Of a stretch of DNA of 64,000 nucleotides, positions 59,101 through 64,000 are shown one piece after another. This DNA is from Auanema rhodensis (taxonomy: Eukaryota; Animalia; Nematoda): positions 62,001 to 126,000 of the forward strand of contig CAXKVF010000081.1 in assembly GCA_964057225.1 (NCBI GenBank). Direction: 5' to 3'. The notes under the pieces are model-generated. The model had not been told where the DNA came from and ran no database searches. It was given only the letters and a program-made list of their open reading frames with translations. The first letter of the stretch is position 1, and each line of letters starts with the position of its first letter. A program made the position numbers and the translations under genes.

Positions 59101-62100
59101 TTTTAGACTAATATGGACATGGGGAATCTAATGTTGAAAACCGCATCTCTTTATCTTTCACGTGAAGCGAGTTACATACCAAGTGCACATCACGTGTACA
59201 TTTAATTAGCATAAATTAAAGTTCACGTAAATTTCAAAGTCATGGTTACCATGAACCAATATCAATAAAAATTTGTTTTTAGACTAATATGGACATGGGG
59301 AATCTAATTTTGAAAACCGCATCTCTTTATCTTTCACGTGAAGCGAGTTACATACCAAGTGCACATCACGTGTACATTTAATTAGCATAAATTAAAGTTC
59401 ACGTAAATTTCAAAGTCATGGTTACCATGCACCAATATCAATAAAAATTTGTTTTTAGACTAATATGGACATGGGGAATCTAATGTTGAAAACCGCATCT
59501 CTTTATCTTTCATGTGAAGCGAGTTACATACCAAGTGCACATCACGTGTACATTTAATTAGCATAAATTAAAGTTCACGTAAATTTCAAAGTCATGGTTA
59601 CCATGAACCAATATCAATAAAAATTTGTTTTTAGACTAATATGGACATGGGGAATCAAATTTTGAAAACCGCATCTCTTTATCTTTTACGTGAAGCGAGT
59701 TACATACCAAGTGCACATCACGTGTACATTTAATTAGCATAAATTAAAGTTCACGTAAATTTCAAAGTCATGGTTACCATGCACCAATATCAATAAAAAT
59801 TTGTTTTTAGACTAATATGCACATGGGGAATCTAATTTTGAAAACCGCATCTCTTTATCTTTCACGTGAAGCGAGTTACATACCAAGTGCACATCACGTG
59901 TACATTTAATTAGCATAAATTAAAGTTCACGTAAATTTCAAAGTCATGGTTACCATGAACCAATATCAATAAAAATTTGTTTTTAGACTAATATGTACAT
60001 GGGGAATCTAATTTTGAAAACCGCATCTCTTTATCTTTCACGTGAAGCGAGTTACATACCAAGTGCACATCACGTGTACATTTAATTAGCATAAATTAAA
60101 GTTCACGTAAAATTCAAAGTCATGGTTACCATGCACCAATATCAATAAAAATTTGTTTTTAGACTAATATGGACATGGGGAATCTAATTTTGAAAACCGC
60201 ATCTCTTTATCTTTCACGTGAAGCGAGTTACATACCAAGTGCACATCACGTGTACATTTAATTAGCATAAATTAAAGTTCACGTAAATTTCAAAGTCATG
60301 GTTACCATGCACCAATATCAATAAAAATTTGTTTTTAGACTAATATGGACATGGGGAATCTAATTTTGAAAACCGCATCTCTTTATCTTTCACGTGAAGC
60401 GAGTTACATACCGAGTGCACATCACGTGTACAATTAATTAGCATAAATTAAAGTTCACGTAAATTTCAAAGTCATGGTTACCATGAACCAATATCAATAA
60501 AAATTTGTTTTTAGACTAATATGGACATGGGGAATCTAATTTTGAAAACCGCATCTCTTTATCTTTCACGTGAAGCGAGTTACATACCAAGTGCACATCA
60601 CGTGTACATTTAATTAGCATAAATTAAAGTTCACGTAAATTTCAAAGTCATGGTTACCATGCACCAATATCAATAAAAATTTGTTTTTAGACTAATATGG
60701 ACATGGGGAATCTAATTTTGAAAACCGCATCTCTTTATCTTTCACGTGAAGCGAGTTACATACCAAGAGCACATCACGTGTACATTTAATTAGCATAAAT
60801 TAAAGTTCACGTAAATTTCAAAGTCATGGTTACCATGAACCAATATCAATAAAAATTTGTTTTTAGACTAATATGGACATGGGGAATCTAATTTTGAAAA
60901 CCGCATCTCTTTATCTTTCACGTGAAGCGAGTTACATACCAAGTGCACATCACGTGTACATTTAATAAGCATAAATTAAAGTTCACGTAAATTTCAAAGT
61001 CATGGTTACCATGCACCAATATCAATAAAAATTTTTTTTTAGACTAATATGGACATGGGGAATCTAATTTTGAAAACCGCATCTCTTTATCTTTCACGTG
61101 AAGCGAGTTACATACCGAGTGCACATCACGTGTACAATTAATTAGCATAAATTAAAGTTCACGTAAATTTCAAAGTCATGGTTACCATGAACCAATATCA
61201 ATAAAAATTTGTTTTTAGACTAATATGGACATGGGGAATCTAATTTTGAAAACCGCATCTCTTTATCTTTCACGTGAAGCGAGTTACATACCAAGTGCAC
61301 ATCACGTGTACATTTAATAAGCATAAATTAAAGTTCACGTAAATTTCAAAGTCATGGTTACCATGCACCAATATCAATAAAAATTTGTTTTTAGACTAAT
61401 ATGGACATGGGGAATCTAATTTTGAAAACCGCATCTCTTTATCTTTCACGTGAAGCGAGTTACATACCAAGTGCACATCACGTGTACATTTAATTAGCAT
61501 AAATTAAAGTTCACGTAAATTTCAAAGTCATGGTTACCATGAACCAATATCAATGAAAATTTGTTTTTAGACTAATATGGACATGGGGAATCAAATTTTG
61601 AAAACCGCATCTCTTTATCTTTCACGTGAAGCAAGTTACATACCAAGTGCACATCACGTGTACATTTAATTAGCATAAATTAAAGTTCACGTAAATTTCA
61701 AAGTCATGGTTACCATGCACCAATATCAATAAAAAATTGTTTTTAGACTAATATGGACATGGGGAATCTAATTTTGAAAACCGCATCTCTTTATCTTTCA
61801 CGTGAAGCGAGTTACATACCGAGTGCACATCACGTGTACAATTAATTAGCATAAATTAAAGTTCACGTAAATTTCAAAGTCATGGTTACCATGAACCAAT
61901 ATCAATAAAAATTTGTTTTTAGACTAATATGGACATGGGGAATCAAATTTTGAAAACCGCATCTCTTTATCTTTCACGTGAAGCGAGTTACATACCAAGT
62001 GCACATCACGTGTACATTTAATTAGCATAAATTAAAGTTCACGTAAATTTCAAAGTCATGGTTACCATGCACCAATATCAATAAAAATTTGTTTTTAGAC

Positions 62101-64000
62101 TAATATGCACATGGGGAATCTAATTTTGAAAACCGCATCTCTTTATCTTTCACGTGAAGCGAGTTACATACCAAGTGCACATCACGTGTACATTTAATTA
62201 GCATAAATTAAAGTTCACGTAAATTTCAAAGTCATGGTTACCATGAACCAATATCAATAAAAATTTGTTTTTAGACTAATATGTACATGGGGAATCTAAT
62301 TTTGAAAACCGCATCTCTTTATCTTTCACGTGAAGCGAGTTACATACCAAGTGCACATCACGTGTACATTTAATTAGCATAAATTAAAGTTCACGTAAAT
62401 TTCAAAGTCATGGTTACCATGCACCAATATCAATAAAAATTTGTTTTTAGACTAATATGGACATGGGGAATCTAATGTTGAAAACCGCATCTCTTTATCT
62501 TTCACGTGAAGCGAGTTACATACCGAGTGCACATCACGTGTACAATTAATTAGCATAAATTAAAGTTCACGTAAATTTCAAAGTCATGGTTACCATGAAC
62601 CAATATCAATAAAAATTTGTTTTTAGACTAATATGGACATGGGGAATCTAATTTTGAAAACCGCATCTCTTTATCTTTCACGTGAAGCGAGTTACATACC
62701 AAGTGCACATCACGTGTACATTTAATAAGCATAAATTAAAGTTCACGTAAATTTCAAAGTCATGGTTACCATGCACCAATATCAATAAAAATTTGTTTTT
62801 AGACTAATATGGACATGGGGAATCTAATTTTGAAAACCGCATCTCTTTATCTTTCACGTGAAGCGAGTTACATACCAAGTGCACATCACGTGTACATTTA
62901 ATTAGCATAAATTAAAGTTCACGTAAATTTCAAAGTCATGGTTACCATGAACCAATATCAATGAAAATTTGTTTTTAGACTAATATGGACATGGGGAATC
63001 AAATTTTGAAAACCGCATCTCTTTATCTTTCACGTGAAGCAAGTTACATACCAAGTGCACATCACGTGTACATTTAATTAGCATAAATTAAAGTTCACGT
63101 AAATTTCAAAGTCATGGTTACCATGCACCAATATCAATAAAAAATTGTTTTTAGACTAATATGGACATGGGGAATCTAATTTTGAAAACCGCATCTCTTT
63201 ATCTTTCACGTGAAGCGAGTTACATACCGAGTGCACATCACGTGTACAATTAATTAGCATAAATTAAAGTTCACGTAAATTTCAAAGTCATGGTTACCAT
63301 GAACCAATATCAATAAAAATTTGTTTTTAGACTAATATGGACATGGGGAATCAAATTTTGAAAACCGCATCTCTTTATCTTTTACGTGAAGCGAGTTACA
63401 TACCAAGTGCACATCACGTGTACATTTAATTAGCATAAATTAAAGTTCACGTAAATTTCAAAGTCATGGTTACCATGCACCAATATCAATAAAAATTTGT
63501 TTTTAGACTAATATGCACATGGGGAATCTAATTTTGAAAACCGCATCTCTTTATCTTTCACGTGAAGCGAGTTACATACCAAGTGCACATCACGTGTACA
63601 TTTAATTAGCATAAATTAAAGTTCACGTAAATTTCAAAGTCATGGTTACCATGAACCAATATCAATAAAAATTTGTTTTTAGACTAATATGGACATGGGG
63701 AATCAAATTTTGAAAACCGCATCTCTTTATCTTTTACGTGAAGCGAGTTACATACCAAGTGCACATCACGTGTACATTTAATTAGCATAAATTAAAGTTC
63801 ACGTAAATTTCAAAGTCATGGTTACCATGCACCAATATCAATAAAAATTTGTTTTTAGACTAATATGCACATGGGGAATCTAATTTTGAAAACCGCATCT
63901 CTTTATCTTTCACGTGAAGCGAGTTACATACCAAGTGCACATCACGTGTACATTTAATTAGCATAAATTAAAGTTCACGTAAATTTCAAAGTCATGGTTA

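Larger units (their letters stand above)
1..64000. repeat. 176-bp tandem satellite DNA array (about 363.6 copies, single orientation, extends past both window ends); centromeric/pericentromeric-type satellite of unassigned family
   Basis: AAAACCGCATCTC recurs at 1, 177, 353 and so on. The 60-base line layout recurs every 2640 bp (15 x 176) through 63361, and monomer 364 starts at 63889 as predicted. The array is seen directly; the centromeric role is inferred only from monomer length, AT-richness and homogeneity. Confidence 0.99.
21825..64000. repeat. Right sub-array: dimer-rich domain organised as rearranged copies of a roughly 68-monomer super-unit
   Basis: Private alleles here include T12A, T65A, T71A, T96A, A131G, A132C, G156C, T169A and T173G. 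The marker monomer T12A+A29T occurs at 22001, 38721, 50161 and 54561. The A3T triplet occurs at 36257, 47521 and 52097. Confidence 0.8.

Noticed and set aside
1-64000. CRISPR array
   Set aside because: The entire 176-bp unit is repeated almost identically. There are no unique spacers, leader or cas genes.
1-64000. Six tri-allelic sites (1, 25, 132, 156, 159, 164) as mutation hotspots
   Set aside because: With about 60 alleles over 176 sites, a similar number of double hits is expected by chance.
1-64000. Embedded insertion, inversion or telomeric repeat
   Set aside because: Phase and orientation are maintained throughout, and I found no non-satellite sequence.

Overview
The whole 64-kb window is one uninterrupted head-to-tail array of a 176-bp AT-rich (about 32% GC) satellite: 363 complete monomers plus a 112-bp partial copy, all in one orientation. 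Monomer n starts at 176(n-1)+1. Consensus: AAAACCGCATCTCTTTATCTTTCACGTGAAGCGAGTTACATACCAAGTGCACATCACGTGTACATTTAATTAGCATAAATTAAAGTTCACGTAAATTTCAAAGTCATGGTTACCATGCACCAATATCAATAAAAATTTGTTTTTAGACTAATATGGACATGGGGAATCTAATTTTG. Monomers carry 0-5 substitutions relative to this consensus, and I saw no indels. There are no genes, RNA genes, transposon insertions or CRISPR spacers. Monomer length and homogeneity fit a eukaryotic centromeric or pericentromeric satellite, but I cannot assign the species or family. The information is in the substitutions, which I typed by eye (about 60 alleles at about 54 sites; counts are hand counts). They show a 6/7-mer higher-order repeat (HOR) domain on the left, a 3/6-mer zone at about 18-21.5 kb, and a dimer-based right domain built from a roughly 68-monomer (about 12 kb) super-unit with nested duplications and deletions. 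The monomer itself looks like a degenerate 88+88-bp palindrome. I find no support for a new protein- or RNA-based system; the interest lies in satellite architecture and evolution.
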